A stretch of 63,776 nucleotides of DNA, the filler included, from Reticulomyxa filosa (taxonomy: Eukaryota; Protista; Foraminifera): NCBI GenBank assembly GCA_000512085.1. It is 20 parts of 20 records of this genome, joined end to end, with 100 filler letters (N's around TTAATTAATTAA, not from the genome) between each part and the next. Parts side by side here need not be neighbours in the genome. Positions count along the whole stretch, not along the records: positions 1 to 2,887 come from ASPP01020955.1; positions 2,988 to 4,315 come from ASPP01018282.1; positions 4,416 to 5,415 come from ASPP01039918.1; positions 5,516 to 7,147 come from ASPP01021255.1; positions 7,248 to 13,083 come from ASPP01008736.1; 15 more parts are not named here. The stretch is one strand, 5' to 3'. The position numbers were made by a program, and so were the translations under genes. Under the pieces are notes generated by a model. The model saw only the letters and a list, made by a program, of their open reading frames with translations. It was not told the DNA's origin and searched no databases. Positions 1 through 11,355 of the stretch are shown here, in pieces (position 1 is the stretch's first letter; the number at the start of each line of letters is the position of its first letter).

Positions 1-419
1 TTTTTTTTTTCTGTATGAAAAATAGTTATTTTGGATTTTTTTGTTGTGTTCTTTTTTTTTACTTAAGTAAGTATTCATTTTTTGCTTGTATATTTGATTG
101 GAAATGACCACATTGAGACCAGGGGAAAACTTTTCAGTACACGTAAGACGGGCAATAGCTTTGTTTTTTTTTTTATGCTGTCAATTGGTAATTCTGTCAC
201 TTTTTTAAAACTAAACTATAAACGGTTTTCTCACACAAGAAAAATAAAAATTGTTATTTTTTATGTTTTGGAAATATTTGCTTTCAATTTGATGTCTATC
301 AATGTAAACTATAAGCAATGAGTAATCAAAACGAAAGAAATTCTCTAAATATCTAAATAATTCTTTGAATTTACTTTTTTTGTGGTGTTGTTATATTTCA
401 CCAATTACACAAATGTTAT

Positions 420-880
420 TTTTATTGCTGTTGTTACTTTACAATGGTGAAATATCAACACATCAAACATTATCTTTATGTCCATTGAAAATATGTAATA
501 ATTTGGATGTTTCAATATCCCATAAATGAATCATTTTGTCCCATAATCCAGAACACAATATCTACCACAATTAAATAATGAAAATTCGATCGAATATTGC
601 AATTGTTAATTATGTTTGCAATCCCAAAAACGAATGGTTTGTCAAGTGATGACGAACAAATGACATTACAATGATGATTATGATAATAATATCGTGAAAA
701 TTTTACACAATACTGTGTTAAATTGTGATTATAGACAAACTTTTGAATTTTATGTTTAGCATAAAAAAAAAATGAATCAACACAATATAATTGAGATAGG
801 TTTATCAAAACCATTTATCCATACAAATTGAATATACAATATTCAAATCCAATGTTGAATAATTGATGGAATTTCTTCTT
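420..880 (-). pseudogene. Degenerate WD40-family paralog, head-to-head with the intact copy
   Basis: Minus-strand fragments YCVKFSRYYYHNHHCNVICSSSLDK and EEIPSIIQHWI* match the intact gene at 1345-2436 but are broken by stops and frameshifts. Confidence 0.7.
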
Positions 881-1066
881 TTTTTGAATAATTCAATATT
901 TATTGAAGCAAGAACTGCATAAGTGACTCTACTTCACTCTTTTGATTTAAAAAAAAGACAGAAATGTTCAATTCTATTTTTCATGATAATCCCCTTACTG
1001 ATTGATGTCGAGATAAAAAGAAAGCTGAAAGATGTTTACTTTTTTTAAAAAAAACAACGGATTAAA

Positions 1067-2436
1067 ACGACAACAACATATAACAATGAGAAACAAACTT
1101 TAGTAAGTTTTCTTTTAATCTTTCGGAAAGAGATCTTTTACTACATCTATTGTATGTGTGATTTATAATTGAATCAGTCAGAAGAAGATATTGAATTAAT
1201 TATTCAACATTGGATTCGAACATTAGACATTAAATTGGGCTGGATCAATAATTTTAACAAAATTATTATCAATTATGTTATGTTATTTTTTTATTTTTTG
1301 TTCAAATATTTATTATTATTTAACATTATTACTGTTTAACACAGACAGCTATTGCTTTCATGCTTGATACGTTTCGTGTATCATCTAAATTACTCAAGAC
1401 TTTCATTGGACACGTTTCTTGTGTGTATAGTATTGATTATTCAATATTTAATGATAAACAATTCATTTGCTCCGGATCAACTGATTGTGCAGTTGTTGTA
1501 TGGAATATTGATAGTGAACAAATTCAAGTATCCAAAGTATATTCAGATTATGTTTATTGTGTAAGATTTTCACAATATCATTATCATAATCATCATTGTA
1601 ATGTTATTTGTTCTGCATCAAATAATAAAATAATTCATTTTTGGGATTTCAAAAATGACCAACAACTCAAAACATTCAATGAGCACACCGATCGTGTTTG
1701 TGGAATTGAATTTTCATCATTTAATGGTGGTAGATATTTGTGTTCTGCATCTGGTGACAAAACTGTTCGTTTATGGGATATTGAAACATCTAAATCATTA
1801 CATATTTTTAATGGACATAAAGATTGTGTTAATTGTGTTGATTTTTCGCCATTGCAAAACAATAATAATGAAAATAATGGTGTTAATTTAATTGGTGGTA
1901 ATGGATACACCATTTGTTCTGGATCAGATGATAATACAATTCGAATATGGGATGTTGAAACAACCAAACAATTGATTGAATTTAAAAAACATGAAAAAGC
2001 AGTTTTCAGTGTAAAATATGGATCAAATAAATTAGGAATTAATGGTGGTTCAAATATAATATTATCTGGTTCAATTGATAAAAGTGTTCGTTTATGGGAT
2101 GTTCGATCTGGTCAACAAATTCAAATATTCAATGGACATACACATGACGTATATGCTGTTGAATATTCACCACTTGTAGTAAAAAATATTGAAGTTGGTG
2201 GTAGTTCAGGTGTAATATGTTCTGGATCATTAGATAATACAATTCGTTTTTGGGATATCCGATCGAATAAGAATGAATTGTATTTGATTAAAGGAGATGA
2301 CGATGATGCTGGAATATTATGTCTCAAATTTTTAGCTTTAAAAAAGAAAGAAAAAGACAATAAAAAAACAAATGATAATTATGATCTTAGTTTATATTAT
2401 GGCTCAGCAATTGGTCCCATTCGTGTTTGGGGATAA
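1067..2436 (+). CDS. WD40-repeat protein with N-terminal IIQHWIR...GWI motif (exons ~1067-1102, 1178-1276, 1345-2436)
   Basis: Multiple GH...WD repeats in the 358-aa ORF. GT-AG introns 1103-1177 and 1277-1344 keep the frame. Exon 1 begins with ACG where the paralog has ATG; the first in-frame ATG is 1360. Confidence 0.85.
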
Positions 2437-2887
2437 ACACATATCAATCAATTTTTATTATAATTTTTGTCAATGAAAAAATATAAATAAAAGTTTGTTT
2501 TGCTTATTATTTTTCAATTATTTCTTTTATAAATTGGAGGAGCAATGGTCTAATTGGTATTTATCATTTTATTAAATACTTTGTATTCTCTATTAGGTGC
2601 ATCTTTTGTGCCTTTTTAAAAACTTCAATATGTGCACATTAACAATTGAAAAAATGTATATATTGTGAGTACGCTTTTAATATTTATTTCTCCAAAATAA
2701 TAAAGTATCTAACAAATTGAAATCGCTCCACTGTTAAATAAAAATCTTGTCAAGATTGAATGATCCAAATTTCTTTTGGAGTAAAAGATTTGACAGAATG
2801 ACCTTGTCTTTGTAGCGACAGTATTGATCCACTTTCTTGTTGCTCATGGAGTTTGTACTGTTATTATATTCGAATATTGCGAATGTT

Positions 2888-2987
2888 NNNNNNNNNNNNN
2901 NNNNNNNNNNNNNNNNNNNNNNNNNNNNNNNTTAATTAATTAANNNNNNNNNNNNNNNNNNNNNNNNNNNNNNNNNNNNNNNNNNNN
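2888..2987. other. Artificial contig spacer (first of 19; others start at 4316, 5416, 7148, 13084, 17063, 21132, 25984, 35295, 36598, 41054, 43324, 44501, 46663, 51052, 54946, 56133, 59954, 62183)
   Basis: Identical 44N-TTAATTAATTAA-44N blocks; the core gives stop codons in all six frames. Confidence 0.98.
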
Positions 2988-3150
2988 ACTTGGCCGCGCC
3001 GTGCTTGGCCTCGGCCAGGCGCGCCATCCCCATGAACAGACCGATCAGCGTCCCCAGCACTACGGCTACCAGGGTAATCCCCACGGTCATCTTGGCACCC
3101 TCGACAAACAAGGGTGCGTATTCGGCAATCATGCCCCAACGGAAATCCAT
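2988..3150 (-). CDS. Bacterial polar amino-acid ABC transporter permease (HisM/GlnP family), 3'-truncated
   Basis: MDFRWGMIAEYAPLFVEGAKMTVGITLVAVVLGTLIGL is a typical permease N-terminus, directly downstream of the binding-protein gene; high GC. Confidence 0.9.
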
Positions 3151-3216
3151 GCTCTGCTCCCGGCTTTAAAATAGAAAGCGGCGGATCTGCCCGCAGACCC
3201 GCCGCTGATCTTGTTG

Positions 3217-4041
3217 TTATTTGGCGCCGAAGTATTTATTGAAAATCTGGTCGTACGTGCCGTCAGCCTTGATGGCTTTCAGGCCGGCATTCACCTTGCC
3301 TTGCAGTTCGGCATTGCCTTTTTTCACGACAAAGCCGTAGTACTCGGGGGCGAAGCTCTTGGTGTCTTCCACGGTGGTCATACCGTGTTGCGGGTTGTTC
3401 TTCACGTAGTTGATGACCACACCGTTGTCACCCACTGCCGCATCCACACCACCGGTTTCCAGCTCTTTGAGTGCCAAAGGCATGTTCTCGAAGCGCTTGA
3501 TATTGGGGTTGGTCTTGCCCAGCAGTTTCTGCACCACTTCGTCGCCGGTGGTGCCGGTCTGCACGGCCACTTTCTTGTTTTTCAGATCCTGGAACGACTT
3601 CACGTCGGACACACCCTTGGCTACCGCAATCAGCTGGCGCGCCTCGAAGTACGGATCGGAAAAGTCCATGCTTTGCTTGCGCTCGTCGGTAATGGTAATG
3701 GCCGACGCCAGAATATCGCGGTCACCCTGCTCCACGGTGGCGAACATGCCTTCCCACGGCGTGTTGACGAACTTCACCTTGAAACCGCCCTTGGCCGCTA
3801 CCGCGCTCAGCACCTCGATATCGAAACCGACGATATCGCCCTTGTCGGTCTGGAATTCGAACGGCGCGTAGCTGGCGTCAGTACCAACGACGTATTCCTT
3901 GCCCTCACCCCCCGCTGCGGATGCCTCGGCTTTGGGCGCAGAGGATTCAGCCGCCGCTTCCGGGGCTTTCTGGCCGCAGCCAACCAGTGCAAAAGCAGAC
4001 AACAGCATACCCGCCAGCAATGTTCTTCTCGTTTGTTTCAT
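3217..4041 (-). CDS. Bacterial basic/polar amino-acid ABC transporter substrate-binding lipoprotein (SBP_bac_3 family)
   Basis: Lipobox LVGC and motifs VGTDASYAPFEF, GFDIE, ITITDERKQSMDFSDPYF, VAVQTGTTG, DGTYDQIFNKYF; GGAG Shine-Dalgarno upstream. Confidence 0.95.
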   Translation of the reverse strand: MKQTRRTLLAGMLLSAFALVGCGQKAPEAAAESSAPKAEASAAGGEGKEYVVGTDASYAPFEFQTDKGDIVGFDIEVLSAVAAKGGFKVKFVNTPWEGMFATVEQGDRDILASAITITDERKQSMDFSDPYFEARQLIAVAKGVSDVKSFQDLKNKKVAVQTGTTGDEVVQKLLGKTNPNIKRFENMPLALKELETGGVDAAVGDNGVVINYVKNNPQHGMTTVEDTKSFAPEYYGFVVKKGNAELQGKVNAGLKAIKADGTYDQIFNKYFGAK

Positions 4042-4168
4042 CCCTAATCTCCTTGATTTTCGGCGCTGAACCCTTTTCCTGTGGGAACGGGCTGCGTGCT
4101 AATATAGCAACCTCGTTCAGGGGCCACAATGCGAAAAACCCCGAGGCCAAACCAGCAGAATCATTCAC

Positions 4169-4315
4169 ATGCAATTTTACCCGCACCATTGCGTCCATCG
4201 TGGCGCTTAGCCTGGCACTTTCTGCCACGCCAGCCGCCGCCGAAGGCGAAGACGCACCCCTGCCGGGCGATTTCCAGTTGGCACCGGCGGCACGCCCGCC
4301 CAAGGCAAACCACTG
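4169..4315 (+). CDS. Bacterial secreted protein, 5' fragment with probable homopolymer frameshift
   Basis: Removing one T from the TTTT after ATG CAA gives MQFTRTIASIVALSLALSATPAAAEGEDAP, a classic signal peptide. Confidence 0.5.
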
Positions 4316-4708
4316 NNNNNNNNNNNNNNNNNNNNNNNNNNNNNNNNNNNNNNNNNNNNTTAATTAATTAANNNNNNNNNNNNNNNNNNNNNNNNNNNNN
4401 NNNNNNNNNNNNNNNGGGACCAACCACAGGAGCATTGAACGCTGCTAAAGAATCGAAAGATACCAAAATCAATGACGAATGGATTGACCCGAAGAAATGC
4501 GACAATAAAAGTCGGCGATCGTGTTGACGTACAGGCACAGTGAAATGTATTGACGTACCCGAATTTAGTTGAGAAGACATGTTAGGAATTGAGTTAGATG
4601 ATTGTGGCCATATAATATAAGCAAAGATGGAAAAAAAATACTTTGAGGTTTCTACTATTAATCCCAATATTTGTGTACTTTTCTTTACACATTCAACATC
4701 AATTTGTA

Positions 4709-5395
4709 ATGAATTTGTTGATATGTGGTGTTGTGATATGTGTGTTCAAGTGTGCTGAGAACTACGGATACTTTGCTCGACGACGCTATGTGGCAAATAT
4801 ACTCACTGATGAAGTGAAAGAAGACCAAGTCATCAATGAACTGCGAAGACGTAAAAAAAGAGAACAGAAAGACTTAAAAAAACATTTGAAAGATATCGAG
4901 AAATACGAAAAAGTAATTGATGGAAAACAAGCCATTGCACAAAAATCAAATCGATAAAATTAAACGAAAAGATCAATACAAAGAAGAGATTTACCAATTG
5001 GAGACAGCTCCTCCACTAACTTTAGAAGACTTGACACACGAAAAGCAGTACAAAAATGATGCTCTCGGCGTCCATGGAAGCGATGGTGAGTTACCACAGT
5101 AGACGTAGAAAATAAAGTGGATGACATTGAAAGCGATCGATGAACCGTTGATGAAGATGAAGACAATGCAAGTGAAACCAAACGAAACGCTGGCCACATA
5201 TAGAGTATAATCGAAAATATAATCAATGTATCTGTTGGAAACCTAGTGAGAGTTTTGGGAACAAAAACTGGTATCGTTGCGATTTATTAAAAATGTCAAC
5301 TTTTCCAATGAAAGACTTGTTAGAATTAAATTAGAAAACTGGCATCCCAATGCAATCAATTGAATAATGAAGTGAAACATTTATTTTAAAGTTTA
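4709..5395 (+). pseudogene. Disrupted gene: hydrophobic segment, coiled-coil and CAP-Gly-like remnant
   Basis: Fragments VSVGNLVRVLGTKTGIV / NVNFSNERLVRIKLENWHPNAIN resemble the CAP-Gly consensus but are split across frames with stops. Confidence 0.45.
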
Positions 5396-6181
5396 AAGAA
5401 TCTCTTTCTCTTTCANNNNNNNNNNNNNNNNNNNNNNNNNNNNNNNNNNNNNNNNNNNNTTAATTAATTAANNNNNNNNNNNNNNNNNNNNNNNNNNNNN
5501 NNNNNNNNNNNNNNNTTTTTTTTTTTTTTTTATTGTTTTTGCAAAACAAAGTTGCTATTAAGTCATGAATGTTGTTATTTTTTTAAAAAAATTGTGTTTC
5601 ATTTTATCAAACATTTACACCAACAAATAATAGCGTATGAACGAATGGTGCATAAAATTTAAATAACGCATTTCGCAACGTAAATGTCAGTTAAAATATG
5701 TTGATTTCGATAATGTTTTGTTGGATATTATTTGAAAACAGGAACGCTATTGCTTAAGGGTGTAATTATGACATTGATTTTTAAATAACTTTTTTTCAGT
5801 TTGGATATGACTTTTAAAAACCTTGTAATTGTGCGTATAATTTGTACTATGGCATTCTATAATTTTTTTTAGAATTTGTGGATAGCGTAGATATTCTTAA
5901 AAAAAATTATTTTTTTATATTGCCGTTTATTGCAGTTTGAACCAATACAATAAATTGCATGAAATACTACCTTATGAATTATTTGTAAACAAAAATATTT
6001 TAAAATATAATAGTGCCAATACAAGCGCAAATTATACGAAGCCTTGCAAAAATATAGAATGAAAAAAATAAGAGACAAGATACTATATAAAAATGCTAAA
6101 ACAAGGTTTTTTTCTTTTAGAAATACAAAATCCAACTACAGTTTTTAAAAGCTGTAATACTTAGACTTATTTTTGCTAGAA

Positions 6182-6217
6182 TGATAATTAATGATAATTA
6201 ATTATCATTAATTATCA
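6182..6217. repeat. Perfect 36-bp palindrome
   Basis: TGATAATTAATGATAATTAATTATCATTAATTATCA equals its own reverse complement. Confidence 0.9.
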
Positions 6218-7402
6218 GCTGAATGCGGACATGGTAAGTTTTTAGAATGTGATTGTGGTAAATCACATATCATTTGTTGGAAATATCACAATAAAAAAAT
6301 GCACGTCTGCGTCGTAACACCAACGAACAAGAAAAACGTAAGTTTTGGGAATATATAGATATTAAATACCAATATGGTGGACACATTCATGAAGCTGTTG
6401 AACAATTTTGCGGCAAAAGTAGTCGTACATTTTCAAACAAATATTAATTACATTGTTGCTACAACTCTAATTGGTATTTATACGCATATAACCTTGAGCT
6501 TCCTTTAATCTCGATTTTGGAAAATGTTTGACCATTGATTGTAACGACAGTACCTGAATCATTATAGTAATTCAAAAAACTCTTTAATGATACATCCACA
6601 TCACTGGCCTTGCTCATATTGTACCACGTTTTGTCCTCCTTGTTAAGTCTCTTTCTATGCAATCTAAATAAAGAAAATATTCTATTTTGAACAAAAGTTG
6701 TACTATAAATGATCATTCACTTGATATTTGAAGTTAAAATTTTGTGTATAATAGCTTGTAAACGTACTAAATTAGTTCTTTCTGTTGTGTAGAAGAAAAC
6801 TTTATGTGTTGGAACAGTGTTTTTATTTTTTAGAGTTGCGCATTCGAGAATAGGTTAAAATTGTAATAATTGATAAAGTGGAAGTTGTTTGCGTTAATAC
6901 TTTGGTATTTTTTTGTGATGAATGATAATCCGAAAAAATACATGTTGTAAGTAATTGACGAAAAAAAAAATTATTTGACAAAACGTTTAGTCCTTTTTTT
7001 CTCAACTTAAAAAAAGTTCAAACGAACTTTAAGATATTTTATGTAAGGGTTACACGACAAAAAAACAAGACATCCAAAAAAAGCAAAAATGACTTTCTCA
7101 ATTTTACTCTCGCGTAATGTGCTCCCTTTTCGTTGATTATCTTGGACNNNNNNNNNNNNNNNNNNNNNNNNNNNNNNNNNNNNNNNNNNNNTTAATTAAT
7201 TAANNNNNNNNNNNNNNNNNNNNNNNNNNNNNNNNNNNNNNNNNNNNAAAAAAAAAAATCCCCTCCTCTTCCTACCCTTCTTCCAAATTATGTGTCCATA
7301 TTTTTCCCCCTCTGTTCTGTCAAGTCTGGAGGCATTAAAAAAAAGAAAGAGGGGGAAAAAAAAAACAAAAAAACAAAAAAACACAATGGCAAACTACAAA
7401 AG

Positions 7403-9034
7403 GATAGTGGGGTCCAACTGTTTAGTTATTACATTTTCAACATAACGAATCCACATGACGTGCTGACAGGATCAATCCCGCAATTGAAGGAAATTGGCCC
7501 ATTTGTGTATCGACGTTACGAGTTTAAGGACGACGTAATGTTTTCCAACGACTCGTGTTCGGTGAGTTATCGCTACGATTACGACTACGTGTTTGACGAA
7601 GACACGACCTATTCGCAAAGTGAGTACACTCTGAACGACACCGTCACCGTACTGAACCCGGCCATGCTCACCTTTTTTCACACCTTGAACCAAGTTGGTT
7701 ACGTGCTAAAGGAGTGGGCCGATTACTTTCAGTCGTTGCCTGGAATGAAGCTGTTCTACCAAGTCCCTGCGAGAGACGTCATCCAAGGCGTCTACGATCC
7801 AGAGCTCGTGGCCATCAGTGGTAAAAGTACTGTTAAGAATGTACATGCAAAAAAAAAAAAAATGTATACGTACATTGCAAATCTTCCCTCCTCCTCCTTT
7901 CTACTTTACATACACACACACGTATACAAAGATTGTATTGTGCTTTTGCAAAGTTGAAATGTTAACAAAAAAAAAATAAATAAATAAAAATAAAAATGTT
8001 TGCAATAATATGTGTGTTGTTTTTTTTTCTTGCGGATAGACAGAAATGACATATTCATTAAGGGACAATAGCTCAATAGATGTGATTGAGCACACAGGGT
8101 ATTGTGAGAAACAAGACATTGGCGTGCTGAACATGATTTGGAACACCACCAACATTTCGTTCTGGCTGGTCGATGAGCCCGTTCATCCGGCGCGCGAGCC
8201 CAGAAATTGGCCGTGGAAGAGTCTGTCCAAAGACGACACTTTGTTGGTTTGGCACTTGGCATTCTTTCGCCAAGTCGATTATGTGTTTGACAAAACTATT
8301 GAAGTGGATGGATTAAAGTTGTGGAGATTTAAACGTTTGTTTTTGTGTGTGTGTGTATGTATGTGTACGTACTTTTTCTATACGTACCTTTTTTTTTTTT
8401 TTTAAAAAAAAAAAAAGTTTCAGAGGACACATTAAAAAATGCAACAAACAATCCGTATAATGTTCGCTATTACTCGTTCGGCTACGACGGCGTGTTGAAT
8501 CTGACGGCACGTAAACACGTGCCAAAACAGACAGTGGCGTTTTTGTCGTACCCCCATTTTTGCGAAGGTGACTATTATGTCGACCATGTTGGCCAACCCA
8601 CAGGCATGGACGTGCCCGATTCGGACGTGGACTTGACGTACCTGGAATTGGAACCACAGACCGGTATCGTCTTAAAAAATTGGCTGGCCTTTCAAACCAA
8701 TTTCCAAGTCTTCCCTTTATCTCGAAATGTGTCCTACGTAAATGCTTCCGATCAAGTCCAATCCTTGGTCACTAACTTTTCCAATCTTCCTAATTTTTTA
8801 GTTCCCATGGGCTATGAAGCCGTCGATGCGTTTGCTCCTTCGCACGTTACCAAGTCACTCGCAACGTCCCTGAATCTTATTGCCCAGCTCAAACATGCCT
8901 CCCTCTTTGGAGGACTGACTGTTGCTGTTGCTTCTATTGCTATGGCTGTGTGGCTAATGTGTCGTAGATATCAAAAGACTGTTGTTGAAAAATGTTTCGT
9001 TTCTATTTTTTTTGAAAAATTTCAGTTTTCTTGA
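7403..9034 (+). CDS. CD36 / scavenger receptor class B (LIMP-2-like) protein, multi-exon, 5' part off contig, 3' end uncertain
   Basis: YIFNITNPHDVLTGSIPQLKEIGPFVYR, FLSYPHFCEGD, TYLELEPQTGIVL are CD36-family motifs; C-terminal TM GGLTVAVASIAMAVWL. Exons ~7403-7820, ~8040-8334, 8418-~8960. Confidence 0.85.
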
Positions 9035-9759
9035 AGTTGCATCATAAAAGTATTTTTTCGATTTTAAAAAAAAACATAGCGACTTGGTTTTTGATGGACG
9101 AAGAAACCTACAACTAAACCGACGAAGGACGCCCCTTTCTTATTTTTTTTTATTTTTATTGAATATCATTGTCATTTCTTGGTGTTGCTGCTGGTCCAGT
9201 AGAACAGCCAAAAAAAAATACTTTGTATAATTAGGTTTTAATTGTATTGCTTTTATTTTACGTGTGTTCTTTCCCTCTCTCCTCTTACTGTGTCTTGAAG
9301 AGTTTGCCTCTTTTGGGGGAAGAAACAATTCGCTTTTCGTTGCTCTGTTGTCATGTTGTTGTCTAGTCTTTATTTTTATTTTTACTTTTGGATTTATTGT
9401 AGTGCTCAACCTCAAAAAACTCTATTTTTAGTCTTCTTTCAGTGCGTTAATACAGTGATCATAACTTCAACAAAAAAAAAAGGGGGGCATAAAGAAATGT
9501 AATGATTTTTGTGCAACAAAGAGAGGGGGGGGAATGTATATTCACAGTGGCCCAGACAATTGTTACAAAATAGATAAAACAGCAGGAACTTTTAAAAAAA
9601 AAAAGGGTCTGTTTAAATGCAAGAAATGTCGTTTTTAACATAATCCTTTCCCCCACTCACGTTTTGGCAAAAGATTTTTTTTTAAAAAAAAAGAGGAAGA
9701 AAATAAGTGTGTGAAAGGGTCCATCCCCCCCCTCTTTCTCCCTCTAAGATAGCATTGGT

Positions 9760-11320
9760 TTAAGAAGCCTCTTCTCCAATTTTTCTAAGTCTCTCGACCT
9801 CCTTTTGCTGCCATTCCTCGTTTTCTTTGAGGGCTTTTTGGTGTCTCTTTTTGGCGAGTTCGTAGTCAGGATGAAGGCCGAGAGACAGTTCCATGACATC
9901 GTAGATATCGGGAAGGATGTCTTTGGGATCATCGATGATGCCAGCAGCGATGAAGGCATTGTTGACGAGTTGTCGAGCGACAGCAAGAGCCTTGTGTTCG
10001 TCCTCTTCAATGAGACGATAGAGACCACGCACGATATTGTGTGAAGGATTGATCTGCATGCGTTGCGGAGAAGGACGCACGTCCTCGCCAAGACGCGTCA
10101 AGTAGTCGCGATAGGATTGAGCCTGATGATCGACGAGTACGGCAGGATGAGTTTTCAAGCGGAGAGTCATTTCGGCTTTTTCGATGCGATGTGGGAACTG
10201 TTTGCGAAGCCATTTGCCGAGACGTCTGCATTCGTCCTCGGTCAAAGCATGATCGTCGGGACGCGACGCCTGAACGGAGGTACTTTTTTCGATATCGACG
10301 AGGTCTTTACCTCGATAGCCCCCTAGACCCTTCATGCAAAAGTCGTCGATCTGCGCGTAGCAGAATAGCACTTCAATGTCGCTATCTGCAAAGGCTTCCA
10401 TGTACGGCGACTTGAGTGCAGCGTCGCGATTTCGCGCAGACAGATAATAGATCTCAGTCTTTTGACTTTGCTTCATGCGATCGATATAGTCGTCCAAAGA
10501 GACCTTTTCATTGGCATGTGTCTTGTTAGTCTCGTAACGCAGCAGCTTGGCAATGCGCGAGCGATTCTTGTAGTCGTTGCATACACCCTCTTTGATAAAG
10601 CCACAGAACTCGTCGTACCATTTCAAATATCGCGACGGGTCTTTGGTGGACTGCCGCTTTAGAAAGTCGACAATTTTCATCACCAACGACTCCTGCAGCT
10701 GCTTGATCAACTCCGAGTCTTGCATGTTCTCGCGACTGATATGAATGGGTATGTTCTCACTATCCACCGCGCCCTTCACGAAACGCAACCAATCCGGAAT
10801 AATCTCCGGCGCGTTCTTCTTCACCAACACTTTGCGACAATAAATCGACACTCCTGGCTTCAGACGCGCCCCTCCGAAACGCTCCTGATGTGTCGTCGGA
10901 AAGTAAATCAATGCCTGCGCCGTAAACTTGGTCGCGTCAAAGTGCGAGTGATACGTATAAAACGGACTGTCGTAATGATTGCTGATCAACTGGTAAAACT
11001 CCTTGTGCTCCCACTCCTTCACTTCGCTCGGATTCTTTGTCCACACTGCTCCGCTGCTCGTTATCTTCGACCCGTTCAGTCGGATTGGAAACATCAGGTA
11101 TGCCGAGTACTTCTTTATCACCGCCTCTACGCGGTTCTTGTCCGTAAACTCGTCTTTCACCGAGTCCTTCAAGTGGATCACAAGTTTCGTCCCACGTTCG
11201 ATATTGTCGCATGGTGCTATGGAGTACGTACCGGTTCTATACAATTATATATACATATATATATGTATATGTATACGTATACATATACATATATATATAT
11301 GTGTACGTATATGTATACGT

Positions 11321-11355
<35 letters not shown>

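Noticed and set aside
3211-4047. 278-aa + strand ORF opposite the ABC binding protein, and long antisense ORFs over rutC/rutD and the HECT gene
   Set aside because: Shadow ORFs from codon bias or low complexity; no motifs.
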